A stretch of DNA of 64,000 nucleotides, taken from positions 5,270,001-5,334,000 of the forward strand of contig CP075495.1 of assembly GCA_021613535.1 (NCBI GenBank), given 5' to 3'. The position numbers and the translations under genes are program-made. Below are positions 27,085 to 41,521 of the stretch, piece by piece. The notes under the pieces are model-generated. The model did no database searches, had not been told where the DNA came from, and saw only the letters and a program-made list of their open reading frames with translations. The first letter of the stretch is position 1. Each line of letters begins with the position of its first letter. This DNA comes from Adineta vaga (taxonomy: Eukaryota > Animalia > Rotifera).

Positions 27085-29184
27085 AACATCTTCGATCTTC
27101 CTAGTCTTGTGTGTGTGTGTGTGTGAATCTCATATCTATTTTTGCTGTGCTTTTGCATTTTTTTAAAATTGTTTTTGAAACTCATTTTTATTTTATTTGA
27201 TAAAATATTCTAATCATTTTCTTATTCATTTGTTACTTTTTAGTAAAAGTAAAAATAAACGAACGAATTGTTACTCATTATCTCTCAGATAGTTGATAAA
27301 TAGTTATTGATGATAGGAAGTTTTCATCAAGACGATATGTTACTTAAATGGATGAGTATGTAAAGAGATATGTATATCATTTTTCTAGATGCTAAGTTCA
27401 AGGTAAGAAAAGTCAATATTTATCATTGAATCTATCGCGTTACTATTTCTTTAAACTATTGGCATGTTTAATGAAGTGTTACAATTGAATTAGTAATCTT
27501 ATATAAATATGATTATCAATCGATCGATCGAAATATGTGATTTGATTAGTAATAAAAATGTACAATCAAGGTGAAATGATTGAGTTAATTCAAGAAAAGA
27601 AAATAGAAAACAAAAGAAAAAGAAATTTGTCAATATGTTTTTGGTACGGCTCAATAATTAGTTTGATCGGAAAATGATAAACAAACGACTTTCTTTTTTC
27701 TTTTTAATACATTTAATATTAGCTTTGAAATAACGAGAAAACTAAAGAAGGAGAAGAAGACACGGATGAAGTATCAAGTTCAAGCTTAATGTAAAGAATT
27801 TTAATAGAAAAAATATCCAATACAATTGTCAAGGTTGTTTCGTGAAAGTCAACTCAATTTGTAACAAAATGGCATGCTAAAAATGAAGACTAACAATAAC
27901 GGAAATGAGTGACGTTTATAATGATCAACGAGAATGGTGTATATGGAAATAGAGATGTGTATGCGTATGCTTGTCTACTTTTTACATTGACTATAATAGT
28001 GCGTGTTTTTAATCGTAACTTGCATGTTATGAACTATTCTTACAATGTCAATGCACGCATAGAATCCGATTAGAAATAGCAAATTGTAATAAACATTTTC
28101 ACTCTCTTTTCTCCTGTTATTTGTTTTATTCTAGTGAATTCCTTAAGGCGATAAGAGAAAAACTCTAAATCGAAATATTCTTTCTATGTCTTTTCCTACT
28201 TATCATAACAAATCGATTGATAAGATATAAAAACATCGACGTGAAAATGATAAACGATTAGATGTTTACAGATCTGTCGACATCTAATCAAGTGATATAA
28301 TCTGGAAGACGAAACCTTGTCATTGGAATTTTTCCAATCTATGTGAAACGCATACATCGGAGGAGAATGAGAATGATGAGAGAACTTGCATAATTACATT
28401 TCTGTATGTTTTAAAGGCATATAACACTTTTCTTTTTCTAGTCTTTCAGTCTGACAGTCCATCAAAAAGCCTGCTGTGCCATGAGAGGGTGTATATGTGT
28501 TCATATAGAAAAGATAATCGAACGAGACGTTCACAGTGTGTATTATAAAAGGAAAATGAGAAAAGAAACAAGAAAAAGATCTATTAAAAAGGATGATGAA
28601 TTTCTCTTCGAGTTTTTCCTTCTTCTTTTTCTTTTCTTTAGATCTATTCTAGTAATAAAATTATGATTCAATTGCTATTAAACTTTTGATATTATCTTGA
28701 CATAAATGAACTTCTTTATGTATTATTTTTCTTGATGCACAATCCAAGATAAATATATATTTATATATCAAGCATTCAAATCGTTTACGAGCGTTGAAAT
28801 GCAGTTCAAGCGAAAGCAACTAGACTAGAAAGATAATGCTCTAATCGGAACACAACACTTGAAGAAACGGGCATCAAGAATCTATCATCTCATCTCATCT
28901 CTTCTCTTCCTCGCTCTCGCGAGAGCAAGCACGTCGCTTTCTAACAGTATTTTCCCCTTTTACGAGCTACACTTTTCTCTCCTCCTTTTTTTTTGTCTCT
29001 CTTCCTCTCATCTTGTCGAATAAGAAAATGTAGAAAAACTCGTAACAACCGAAGCACCGCTATCAACACACACACACACACACGAAGACATAAGCAGCCA
29101 AACATACACACACGCACAAACGAGACGAGACCAAGTATTTCAATTTGTTTTAAAACATATCTATGAATTACAAGTGATATCACA

Positions 29185-31664
29185 ATGTTCTATTCATTTA
29201 TTCTTTTCATGTTTCTTGTCACAGGTAAACTATACTTCTATTTAATTATCTGTTCTATGAATAAATTATATAATAATAATACGTAAAATATAACTCCTAC
29301 TTCCTAATGAACGATGAATGTCAAATGAATTTCTATTGATTCTTGTTAGTTGCTTACACATCGGAACAAAAATGTAACCGACGAAATGTGACCGCATGGA
29401 ATGCTGAACAACGATTAATTTGTGATTTACTTGATAATTATCAAGTAAAATGGGGTCGACCGGTGAAAAATATGACTGAAGATGTCGAAGTTCAATTCGG
29501 TTTACAATTAATTCATATAAGTGATCTTGTATGTTATATTGACGCAAAACATAATAAGAAATCAATGATTATCTAATTTAGGATGAAAAAAATCAAGTAT
29601 TAATTACTAATCAATGGCAAATCTATGTATGTATTCAATTACATAGATTTTATTTACTCATTCTTATCTCTTCTGTCACTTTTAGGAATGGCAAGATGAA
29701 GCTTTAACATGGTAATAACATCGTTTTTTTTTTATTTATTTGATGTATTTTCTTCTTGTTTTTTTTTTGTATTTTAGGCATCCGGACGATTATGGTAAAT
29801 GCAATCGAATGAAAAATAAAAAGAAAATAAAACTATTCTTTTCATTTTTCTATTCCAACAGGTAACCTTCAAGATATACGTTTACCGATTAAACGTATTT
29901 GGCAACCAGATGTCACATTATATAACTAGTAAGTTTTCTATTAATAACAAAGAATATATTCAATAACTATCCTAAAAGACAAGTTTGACTAATCAACCAT
30001 CTGTAGCTCATTCCCGTTGTCGAATGAGAGAATAGAAGAAGAAATTCATCTTCAGGATATGTTTCCATATAACATAAATTAATGTGGTTAACTCAATTCG
30101 GAACTGTTTATTCAAAGTTAATAACCTCGATCGTTTTGTATTCTCTTCTAGTGCCGATACACGACTCGAAGAAAAACGTGAAGTTTTAGCTGTTGTTTAT
30201 TATAATGGAACTGTCGTTTGGAAACCGATGTCAATTTTCAAATCAACATGTCAAATTGACATTCGGTAATTGATTTTGTCTTTTTTGACATCTGGAAAAT
30301 AATTTATCCTATCATTAATTAGACGATTTCCCTATGATCGACAAAATTGTTCAATGAAATTTGGTACATGGACATATGATAGTTCAAAAGTGAATTTGAA
30401 TTTTTATCGTAATATTGATCAATTTGATTTAAGATCATATGTTAAATCAAATGAATGGTCAATTTTAGAAAATTATGCAAAACGTAATACAGAAAAATAT
30501 GGTAAGAAAGAAGAATTCGCTTCATTGATTATATATATATTCATTTTAGATTGTTGTCCAGAAATTTATGTTGATTTAAAATTTTATATTATACTCGAAC
30601 GTCGAGGTGGTTTTTATAATTATATTTTAATTTTACCATGTGTATTGTTATCTTGCTTAACATGTATTCTTTTTTGGTTACCTGTAAGTATAAATGATCT
30701 TATCAAATATGATCTTTAATGATTCTGTTTTGATCTGTTCATTAGCCGGAAAGTCCATCGAAATTAGTTCTGGGTAAATAAAAAACTATTTCTTTCATTT
30801 TGGTTTTATCTCTCTATTTCTTTGTTAAAAAACAGGAATGAATATCTTTACCTCATTTTTCGTCTTGTTACTTCTATTATATAAAAACATGCCTTCCAAT
30901 GCTGAACATATTCCACGTATAGGTAGGGAAAGAGAGCAAAAAATGTCATTTTCCGGCATTTTTTAATTATTTCCTTTCGTTGAAAAACGGAAATCTATAT
31001 TATTTACTCATCTAGGTGCATACTATTGTTTAAATATGGGCATGATTGCTACATCGACATTTCTGTGTACAATTGTTGTTCATATCTATTTTCGTGGTAG
31101 TGGACCGATGCCATTAATCCTACGAAAAGTATAGATATTCGAACGAATAAAAACGAAATATGATGTTTGATTTTTAATTAGATTTTTCTTGAATGTTTGG
31201 CAAAACTTTTCTGTATGGTACCACATACAAATTCTTATCAACAACATGCAGTTAACGGTTTAGTTCCACCAGTGAAAGCTACATGTGATGGTGATAAATT
31301 TGAAAAATTTGAATTACTTAAAGAACGTTTTAAAACATTTGGTGATAAACGTGTTATAACAACTAACGATGATTCAAATGATGAAACATTAGAAATGCCT
31401 GATGATGATCGTTATCATCAACATATTTTAGCTCATCGAATTCAACAACAAGTAACGGCATCGATTGCATTTATGACTGTTGAAACGGATTTAAAAGAAA
31501 TACGAGATTTCTTACGAACAACAAGAAAACGTATGGAAGATAAAGAAGCAAAAGCAAAGACAATTAACGATTGGAAACAAGTTGCACTCGTACTTGATCG
31601 AACATTTTTTTTTATCTATTTGTCAGCGATTATTATATCTCTTGCTGCGATGTTCCCTAGATAG
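29185..31664 (+). CDS. Nicotinic acetylcholine receptor alpha subunit, lophotrochozoan anion-selective type
   Basis: Signal-peptide exon at 29185; AEQRLI.DL, IWQPDVTLYN, Cys-loop CQIDIRRFPYDRQNC, GTWTYD, vicinal Cys YDCCPEIY, M1-M2 FWLPPESPSKLVLGMNIF and M4 WKQVALVLDR. Confidence 0.92.
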
Positions 31665-31865
31665 AATTAGATGATTATTTTTCTTTTGTTTTCTCTCGTT
31701 TCATGAATATGATGTGACGATTATGAGAAGAACAATTGTCCATGTTTATTCATTCGCTCAATGTACATTGAAATATAAAAAAGAAATAACAACAACAACA
31801 ACAACAACAAAGAACAGGAAGAATTCTCACTATTTCCATTGTGATTTACACATATAATTATAAGT

Positions 31866-32597
31866 TCATTTCTCATTCAAATCTGGTGAATGATGATTAT
31901 AACGTTCGTGAATACGTCTGCGAACTAATAATTCAAAAGGATTAATATTTGGTTCAAAATGTTGCTTTACAAGAAATTTAGCACGTTCAGAAGTTCTTTG
32001 ATCTTCATCTTGTTCTTCATTTTCATCAACAGTTTCCACAATCGGCACTGAACTTATTAATTTCACATATTGATGTATTGTATGAATACAAAAAGCAGTC
32101 GAAACAACTAACATAATAATACCTATCATAAATGAAATGAGTAGTACACTATTTGGTTCTTCTAAATCATATTCCGGTGCATCCCATGGTATATATAAGC
32201 AACTATTTGGTGAACGATAAAAGAATGCATAAGTTTTATCATAAAGTAAATTTACACAGATTTCATAACGACCAGGTGATAAATTATGAATATTGATTGT
32301 ATGATTTTCATTTTGTGTTCGATTGATTTGCAAATACTTACCTATTTGTTTTTCAAAATGATCTTTTAATTGAAGATTATGATTGTCTAATAAATTAATT
32401 GTTCGTAAAGTAAATGTATAATACGAAAATTGATACTGTTCACTTTGATTTAATCTTAAATGTAACCAGATACGAAGTGATGTGACATTTAATTTTTCTC
32501 GACATAAATAAACATCATTATGTTTCATAGGAGTTTTCAATGAACATTTATATCCGTATGTTAACGTGAAATAGAAAAAATATATCGGAAAAAACAT
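31866..32597 (-). CDS. Orphan single-pass type I membrane protein with a possible FN3-like ectodomain
   Basis: Intronless 243-aa ORF with signal peptide, FN3-like signature NLSPGRYEICV, TM segment LLISFMIGIIMLVVSTAFCI and a charged tail. Confidence 0.7.
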   Translation of the reverse strand: MFFPIYFFYFTLTYGYKCSLKTPMKHNDVYLCREKLNVTSLRIWLHLRLNQSEQYQFSYYTFTLRTINLLDNHNLQLKDHFEKQIGKYLQINRTQNENHTINIHNLSPGRYEICVNLLYDKTYAFFYRSPNSCLYIPWDAPEYDLEEPNSVLLISFMIGIIMLVVSTAFCIHTIHQYVKLISSVPIVETVDENEEQDEDQRTSERAKFLVKQHFEPNINPFELLVRRRIHERYNHHSPDLNEK

Positions 32598-32853
32598 TCA
32601 TCTAAATTGATCAAATGACAATATAGAGGCGAAAAAAAAACATATTTTCTTTTCTTTAGTAAAGTCTATACAACAACCAATAGGTTGCTTGAGGCAATAA
32701 TCTATCATTCATCTAAAAATAAATGCTAGTATTGATGATTAAAGAAAGAAAGAAAAGAAATAGGGTGTTTTTTTTCAATCGTCAGTATATTAACATAAAT
32801 GTAAGAGTTAAATAAATAGGAATGATGAAAAGAAAAGGAGAGAAGATGAAGCT

Positions 32854-35503
32854 TTATGTTGACTCTTGAAATCGATGACAGTAATAAGTTATTCGATCAG
32901 GTAGCGTTCGATTGATGGCAATGGAATTATTTCCTCGTCTATCAATTATGTACAAAACAAAAAGAAATGTATTGAATTAAGAAAGAAACGTTTATTCTGT
33001 CAAAACTTACGATAAACCAATCATCCTTCGTTCTGGATTTATATGTAGTTTTGTACGAGCATTGAACGCCATACATGCATTATCTGATTTTGGAGTTTTG
33101 TAATAATACCGATTGCCCACTGCAATTCGTTCGTCTAAACAAAGAAAAACGAATCTTTTATTCGTATATAAATCAAATCTTATTTGAATAATTACATTGT
33201 GTTTGACGACTGTTTTCATTAAATTGAAATTTAAGATCAGCACTGTATTTCTAGAACGAATGAAAAATTCCGTATGAGATATAATTAGTTTATTTTTTCC
33301 TTTACATTCGTTTCTTTACATATTGGAATCGTTTGAATTTCTCGATCTAAATCTGCCATTTCGGTTAACATTAAAAGCCACTATAAATGAAAAAAATTGA
33401 TTTCTTGCATATTAAAACGAAACCTTTTCCTACCAAATTTTGAAGGTATTCTTCAGTTAATAAATTTTTTGCAAGAATACCAGCAAAAAGCATTCGTGAA
33501 TTACGTTGAATGTATAGTACTAATTCATCACGTTCGATTTCATCATTTTTGTTTGGTACATCTCCCCATGATGCATGACCTTCTTGATGCTCATTGATTT
33601 TATGTTCGGAATCATTAAAATCCGAGTGACTTGTCAATGTTCTTTGTCTTGGCCGATGAAAATGTGAAAATATTGCCATGGGTGGTAAACAAATGATATC
33701 TTCTTCACGACAACTACTTTCATGTTCATCAAGTGTTTCAATAGGTTCAAAGATGAGACTATCAATATTTGTATCGATAGAACGTAATCGATCTGGATCA
33801 TTTCTGAATGAATTTTCATATTCATTATCTGACATGGATGAACGGGATCGTTCGAATTGATATCTTCTTTTATCATCATCAGTTCGTAATCCTTCTGGTG
33901 ATGTTGGTAAAAATACTAAATTAGATTGCACTTGTGGAATTGACAGAAATTTGTCATCATTCGAAGAGGAACCAGTATTTTGAATAGTTAGTTTTTTATT
34001 CAATGAAAAACTTCCTGGTCGATCAGTATCGAAATCTGTTGTTTCTCCTGATGAAGTATTTGATTCTCTTTTATTGATTGATTGTGAATAATCCATATTA
34101 TTCGATTGGAAAGTCATAGGAGATACGGGATTTTCATTGAATAATAATGTATTACGTATATTGATCGGTTCTGACGATAATTGTCGATTGGGATATACTG
34201 AACTATTAGTATTGACAGCATCCAATAAAGGTTGTAAACTTAGTGGTTGTCGGATATAGATTCGAATAAGTGATACACCATTTTTTAGTTGAGTTTCTGC
34301 ATTCAATGGAACGTATATTTCACCAGCCTAAAAGAAATCTCATTTAAATCAACAATATAATCGATCAGTTTTTCGAAATTCAATTATTCAAACGAAACAA
34401 AATACACTCTTCATAGATGAATTCTATTGATCTAGTAAAAAGAAAGACATACAGGTAGATGGTGTTCCAAATTGAGAATAACTTGAAGCAAAAATGTGGT
34501 CTCTGTATCAATCGAAGAATATAATACTCTACTAGTTCAAACAATAGAATGAATAGAAAATAGAATTTCTAGTTTTTTGAATTTACCGTTTTTCATAAGC
34601 AAATAATCCGCCTCTAATTCCATAATTTGATTCTAAATGACTTAGAAAATGTTTGATTTGTAATAAAGATCGTCTATCATTCTAAAACAAAACGAAATCT
34701 GCAAATATTATCTAGAGTAAAGAAAATTTTCTAGTCATAAATACTTTCTTCGCCGGTGCATAGTCAATAGCCGAAAAGAGACTTTGTATTGATCGATTTT
34801 CATTAAATACATAGTCAAGAATTGGTGTTAATGATTGTTTTAAATATGTTTGAACTTGTTTGTTCTCCCGCTGTGTCTATAAATATCAACATTCAAATAT
34901 AAACGAAGAATTTTCTTCAAATTCTATTTACAGATTGTATATGATTCAATGTTCCGTATAATATATGAAATAATTGTAGTATATGTGTAAGATGAATATT
35001 AGCTTCCTCGATTGTAAATCGATCTTTGGATAATACTAAAAACTTCATAGAAAACAAAACAATAAGAATATAGAAGTGACTAAGAAACAAAATTTACAAT
35101 AGAATGCCTTCCATAATGTTCACAAGTGACGAAAGATCTTTTAAAACTGAATTCTTTAGGTACACATCCAAATAGATCATGTTTAAAAAACTGAATCAAG
35201 CCAATTATCTCTCCACAATCAAGAAGTTTCTAAATAGAAAAAAAAGAAAAAAGAAAATTCGATGAATTAGTTTTGATTAGTCAAACAAAAAAGTATATTT
35301 AATCAGCAGAATTACATAGAGAGCAGATGATTTTCATTTGCATAGATTACTTGTCGTTTAAATTCGTCTTTTGATGGATAAAAATAAACGATAGAGTCTG
35401 GAACTAAATCATTATCATCGGTTGAATCTTTCATATAATAAAAATCAAATATAAAGAAATAGGATACAATTCTATTTGTAACTGTTGTCGACATCTGAAA
35501 CAT
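32854..35503 (-). CDS. HPS4: Hermansky-Pudlak syndrome 4-like longin protein (BLOC-3 subunit)
   Basis: N-terminal longin signature SYFFIFD...IVYFYPS...QKLLDCGEIIGLIQFF, a long disordered middle exon (ORF 33371-34306) and LVLYIQRNSRMLFAGI. The last exon ends RITYYCHRFQEST-stop at 32854. Confidence 0.7.
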
Positions 35504-36290
35504 ATCATGAATTATTTCAATGATTCATTTATAAATCATGTCTTAATCTCAAAGTATAGAAAAATAAATGCATGTTACTTTCACTTATGACGGAAATTAT
35601 GAATATGATAAACACATGAACAATGTTTGACGGATAGAACGAACTTTCATTTTGCGTTTGTTGAGAACGAAAAAACATAAGAGAACATAATACAAAACAC
35701 ATACAAAGATAACAAGTTACTTTTGATGCACATCATGCTGACATAAATTTAATCTATTTTCACCTATTTACATATTCAATTTATAGGTCAATTTTACATA
35801 TTTTCGAGTGTAAAACTTCACATATTAACATAGTTAACAACAATATTTTAATAGTCTGAAGTAATCTATTTATATTTATGAATACTTTTTTTTGTTAAAC
35901 AAAATTCAATCCTTATCAGTTAGAATGTAGTAATAAAAAATAAAATTTCCATTTTTCTACTGTCTGAAATGAAAGAAATTGAATAGAATGAATTTTTTTG
36001 TAAAAAATATCGATACATGACAAATTCTTTTGAATTTCGTTGAAAACTCTTTTGTGCTTTCATGTTAACAAAAGTATTTAACATTTAATTGTATATTTGT
36101 TCTTGAAAAAGCATTACATAAATGTAAAAGAAAATAATAACAATATATACCAACATCTTTTTGAACATGCCAATGAAACACAAAACAAAATCTATATGTG
36201 CAATCTGTTAAAAATACAACTGAAATCTCACGGAATTTTCACAGAAAAAAAAAGAGAAAAACAACAAAATAAATTAAATATTGTGAGTAT

Positions 36291-39200
36291 TTAAAGAAAT
36301 GATAAAGGATTCATTGTAAAACTGTTTGAACTGCTGTTATTGTCAACGTCATTGTTAGTATCATTTGATGATAAAATCATATCAAAAGGATTTGAAAAAA
36401 GTTCGGAAAAAGCATTGCTTTCTTGGAAATGATCATTCTGCCAAGAATTTCCATTTTCAAAAGTTGATGAAGATAGATTTATATCATCCAATAAAAGATC
36501 AATTTCATCCTTTAAATCATTTGAGAATGAACTCAATGACGGAAGTGCTGTTGGATCCAATAGTAGATGATCTAATGAATGGGGTGTTAGTGGCGCAGGT
36601 GGAGGTGGAGGGAGTGATGGTGGCGGTGTTTGAACAGTAATTGGTAAAGATTGAAGATTATTTATAACTGTTGATGTAGAACGGTGAATGCTAAAAAAAC
36701 GACCATCAGGTGCTCGAATATACGAACCACGAGGTGATTTAATCACATGAATTTTCATTCCAGCTGGAATGTATTCATGTTCAAGAGCATTGATCTGTAT
36801 TTCTAAACCTAAATAAGCCAGAAAAAAAAAGATATGTTGTAATTAACAATCAAATTCTATCGTACGATTGCGAAGTGTAATAACTTCTATCGCTACTTCA
36901 GATTGTTTCGAGGGTTCTTGTCTTCTTTCTGCTATTTGATAATTATTATATCCAGAATAGCGAGATTCATTTGTTGGTAAAGGTAAACGATTCGAATTTT
37001 GTACATATCCATTCAAAAATCTTGAATTATGATTAAGAAATGAAGAACTAAAGAGTAGGAAAAAAAATGAAGGATGAATGAACAGAAAAGAACAACTAAA
37101 TAATTTTTTACGCTCGATTCGAATTAAATCTTGATCGATGTCCATAGATATTCATTTGTTTTTCATGTTGATAGTGTTTTTGTGCACGACGTTTTTCTGC
37201 TGATGTTAATTGATTTTCTTTTTGATCAGATAGAAGAGACTCATGAGTAAATGGAATTTTTGTTATTGATTGAGAATATTGTTTACATGTTATTGATAGA
37301 ATTGGATCATTTGATATTTGATCAATTTTATTTATTAGATCAGGTACAACGGGTTCCTCTTCAACAGCAAAATGAAGTAAATTTTCAACTTCATTTCGTG
37401 TAAATTGATTTTGTGGTTGTAATTCATCAACCACACGATCAGACATGCCTTGTTTAGCTATTTGTCGATCATAAATACGTTTTTCCATGGTAAAATCAGC
37501 AATTAATCGATAGATATAACAATGTTTTTGTTGTCCATAACGATAAACTCGACAAATAGCTTGTGCATCGAGACAAGGATTCCATGAAACATCTAATACA
37601 ATCACACGATTAGCAGCTATTAAATTTATTCCTAGACAACCCGCTCTAAATGATTACACGATAGATATAGTTAATTGTTATTGTTCCATTATACAAAAAT
37701 TATCTTACCGTGTCGATAATAGAAATAATTGTGCATTCGAATTTGGAGCATTGAATGCATTGATTAATTTTTCGCGTTCTAAACCACTAGTACTACCATC
37801 CAATCCTAAGGAAAGATAAATTTATAACTTTTAAACAATTGCAAAACAAACTTATTTCCAAATAAGAACTTTCACTTACTATAATAATTTTTGTTCTTCT
37901 CCCAGTTTTGATCTGTATTCGGTATTTGACGTTGACTTAGAAATTCTTCAAATTTATTCAACGTTAATAAACTTTGACTAGAATCATAATATCAGAGAAA
38001 TCTCATGTACTAATTTTAAAAACAAACAAACAATCTCCTACCTGAATAGTAGAACTTTATCTCCAAGTTGCATCGATAGATCAATGATGGTTAGTGCAAC
38101 TTGAAATTTAATTCCATTTGACAATTGACCACAAATATAAGAGTCCATTATTGAATTAGCCTGAAAAATCAATTTTGTGAAAAAGAACAAGAAATATGAA
38201 ATGATATCACTTACAAAATCATAATCAAATTCTTTTCTTTCTGTTGATGTTTGTAGATCGAATAGATTATTCATAGTTGTTGTTTGTGGTGATGAACGAT
38301 TGATTGCATTTAAACGATTATTGGATCGAGTTTTTGTTGATAATGCTCGATTTGTTGAATTTGTATTTTGATCTAAGTCAATATCGAAATCAACATCAGA
38401 ATTATCTTGACGATCTCGAACAAATTTATAAAGCACATCAGCATGATTCCAGATCTATTTTAAATAATTAAAATTCTTTCTTACAAGATGTTCTCCTTAC
38501 TTTACAACAGATTGTAAAAGCTCGTAAAGGATTTAATGTTTTATCTGATGTATTCGATAGTGCACCAACTGCTTCTAAAAATTTCATGTATAATTGTCGT
38601 TGCATACTGGATAATTTCAATAAGATAACATATTCGGTTTTTGGTGGAAGATCAGTCTGAAGTACATCATGACCTCGTCTAGAATTAACAAAATGAGAAA
38701 TTACATGAAACAAACAAAAAATCCCATCATACCTCTGAATAAAACCTTCTAATAAACTATGTAAAACATGAGCACGTGCACGCATTAATTGTCTATCGTC
38801 CGATGTTGAATCAACACATTGACCATTAAGAATTGGACGTTCAAACATATTGCAAAATTCTTGTTTACTACCAAGATAATTTGGACGAATAAAATCAACC
38901 ATACACCAGTATTCTAATAAAATTAGAGAAAATACAATTCAATCGATCTGTGTAACTTACCAATGAGATTATTTTGTAATGGATAACCGGTAAGAACAAT
39001 ACGACGTCTAATAAAAAAGAAAATTTTAAAATAATGAGAGATTAATGAAAAATATTTCTACTGAGTTTTAATTGATTTTAAAGCAATTGCAACACTAGCT
39101 AGATGATTTTTAATTCGATGACCTTCATCACAAATAACAAGATCAGGATTAATTAATGCATTTCTTATATCTATATAAAAAATAGATTAATATTTGATCG

Positions 39201-40169
39201 TTTTTAATAGATTCTTTTACCTTCTATTGTTTCGAAAGTTTTCTCGTCTTCTTCATCATCGGGAAATAAAGATGTTGATGGACTAGATGCATTCATAGTT
39301 TTAATTCTATTCGTTGTTCTAGTTGATGTACTCGTTTGTGGAGTTTTTTTTGTGACCATCAAACGAAACATTTCATAACCAATAATCATCGTTCCACCAG
39401 TTTGACTCCAATTTCGAACGATTTTGGCGCGTTGTTCAAACTTTTTCGAAGTTTCATTTAATATATATAACTGATAGGGACGTTTATATCCAATAGTTGG
39501 ATCATCAACTGGACACCAACGATTGAATTCATTTGCCCAATTTTGTATTGTATTGATTGGAACAACAATTAAAACTGATTTGGCTGTTGTGTAACGTAAG
39601 AATACATCAATAAATGTAATTACCTAGACGAAGAAGAATATAATTATTTTGAAGAGAAATGATTTGTCCTTACTTGTATGGTTTTTCCACAACCCATTGA
39701 ATGTGCAAGTATACATCCCAGACCGGGTATGATTTGAAAACGTCGTAGAGATTCAACGATATTATCATACATAAAACGTATACCACCGATTTGATGAGGT
39801 TTAAGAATCGAACAAAGATGTTTGCATATATACAAATCAGGATCGTCACTCGGATGATTAACATTAATTAAAATATTTCCTAGAGTATTAAAAAACATAG
39901 TCTTATGTATAAGAGAGAAAGAGAGACATTAGACTTTGATTTCATTCATACCATTTTCATCAGGGATATTTACACGATCATAAACATGTAAACGTTGCAA
40001 TTTTTTTGTAAGTTTATCATTTACATATTCAGTATCACCGTCGACACATTGAACATCAGAATCATTCCCATCATCATTATGAGTTACTGTTCTACTATTT
40101 GCATCTATATGAAAAAGTTAGAAATAAGAATTTTCAAAATTAATTCAAAAACGATTTACCCGAATTTTG

Positions 40170-40202
<33 letters not shown>

Positions 40203-40700
40203 TTCGTCCAGAACAATACATACTTGTTCATTGGATACTTGTTTCACTTGCTGAGAATTATCTATTGATAAATGAGGATGAATATTATGAACTTGTGTAT
40301 AGCTTTCATTAATTTCTTCTAATCGTCTCAATCGATCTTGTTCAGCTTTAAGTGCTGATAATGTATCATCTTGTAATTTATCTTTTGTTAATAAATGTCG
40401 AATATTTCTTCTCATATATGCTGGAGTTTGTTTCGATTTTTTCGGTTCAGTTGACTCAGTTTTATGTTCATGTTTACGTTTTCTTTTTCGATGATCTTCA
40501 TCATTATTTGATAATAATGTATCATTTGTTTTTGTAATTGACGCGTTATTCAATGATAAAACTGGTGATAGAGGAGCAGATGTTGTTGTTGATGATGTTG
40601 ACGATGGTGAAGCTGATTGATGTGCATCAGAAGTAGCAACATTTTCATTAGGATTTAAAAACCAGTCATCAAATAGATTTATTGACGAAGAATCAACCAT
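36291..40700 (-). CDS. RAD54L2: SNF2-family helicase ARIP4 (ATRX-related)
   Basis: MRRNIRHLL..DKL...T, LKPHQIGGIRFMYDNIVESL, CILAHSMGCGKT, PDLVICDEGHRIKN, LTGYPLQNNL, WNPCLDAQAICRVYRYGQ, and the ARIP4-type C-terminal GSYIRAPDGRFF. Confidence 0.9.
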
Positions 40701-41521
40701 AATTATTTATAAAAAATAAATTCAATTCATCTAAATAAAAATATTTCTTTTCAAAATGTGATACAGTTCAAGAATAGAACATGATTAATATTTTTTATTT
40801 ATTTACTATTTGATGGACTTCCATTTCTTCACATATTTTCATGCGCTTATTTCCAATTGGATATAGAATTTTAACCAATGATGAAGAACTCTAACTGATT
40901 GGATGGATAGATGGATGCTTCGATAGCGTCAAAAAGTAAATTTCATAAAGATTGAAGAAGACAATGAAAAAGATCTACTTTACGGCATGATTTCTAAGTT
41001 ATATAATCGTTTAAACTAATTACATTCAGTTAAAAGAAGAGAATATCGATATGAATCTGTAGATATAATATAATCGTTACACAATATGAACTATTCCATC
41101 CGTGTGGAAACACAACATTAGAATAAAGACTAAGAAATAAAATGAAATATGTAAAGAACAAAAAATTTATATATCTAATGGGTAGAATTCATCCGGTGGA
41201 TTTTAATTGACTATTATGGCAAATTTTAGAGTCTTCTCCTGAAATAGAACATTTATATCAAAATAAATTGTATGTTATACTATTAGTATTTCATAGAATT
41301 TAATCGAACAAACTAAACTTCTTTATGAATTCAATATCACAGGCATTGCTCGGACTATTTATTTTACTTCAAATATCTATCTACTATGTTTTGAATATTT
41401 TTTCGATTGGTTATTTAATTTGACAAATCTTTCTATTTCATTTCATTCTAAACAAACCGACCCTGGATATTTCAGATCATATTGGTTAACAAAAAAATTC
41501 ATGTTATTTTTCATCTTTTAG

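Noticed and set aside
27108-27125. (TG)n, (TA)n, (CA)n and (CAA)n microsatellites here and elsewhere
   Set aside because: Short ordinary simple repeats, not telomeric arrays.
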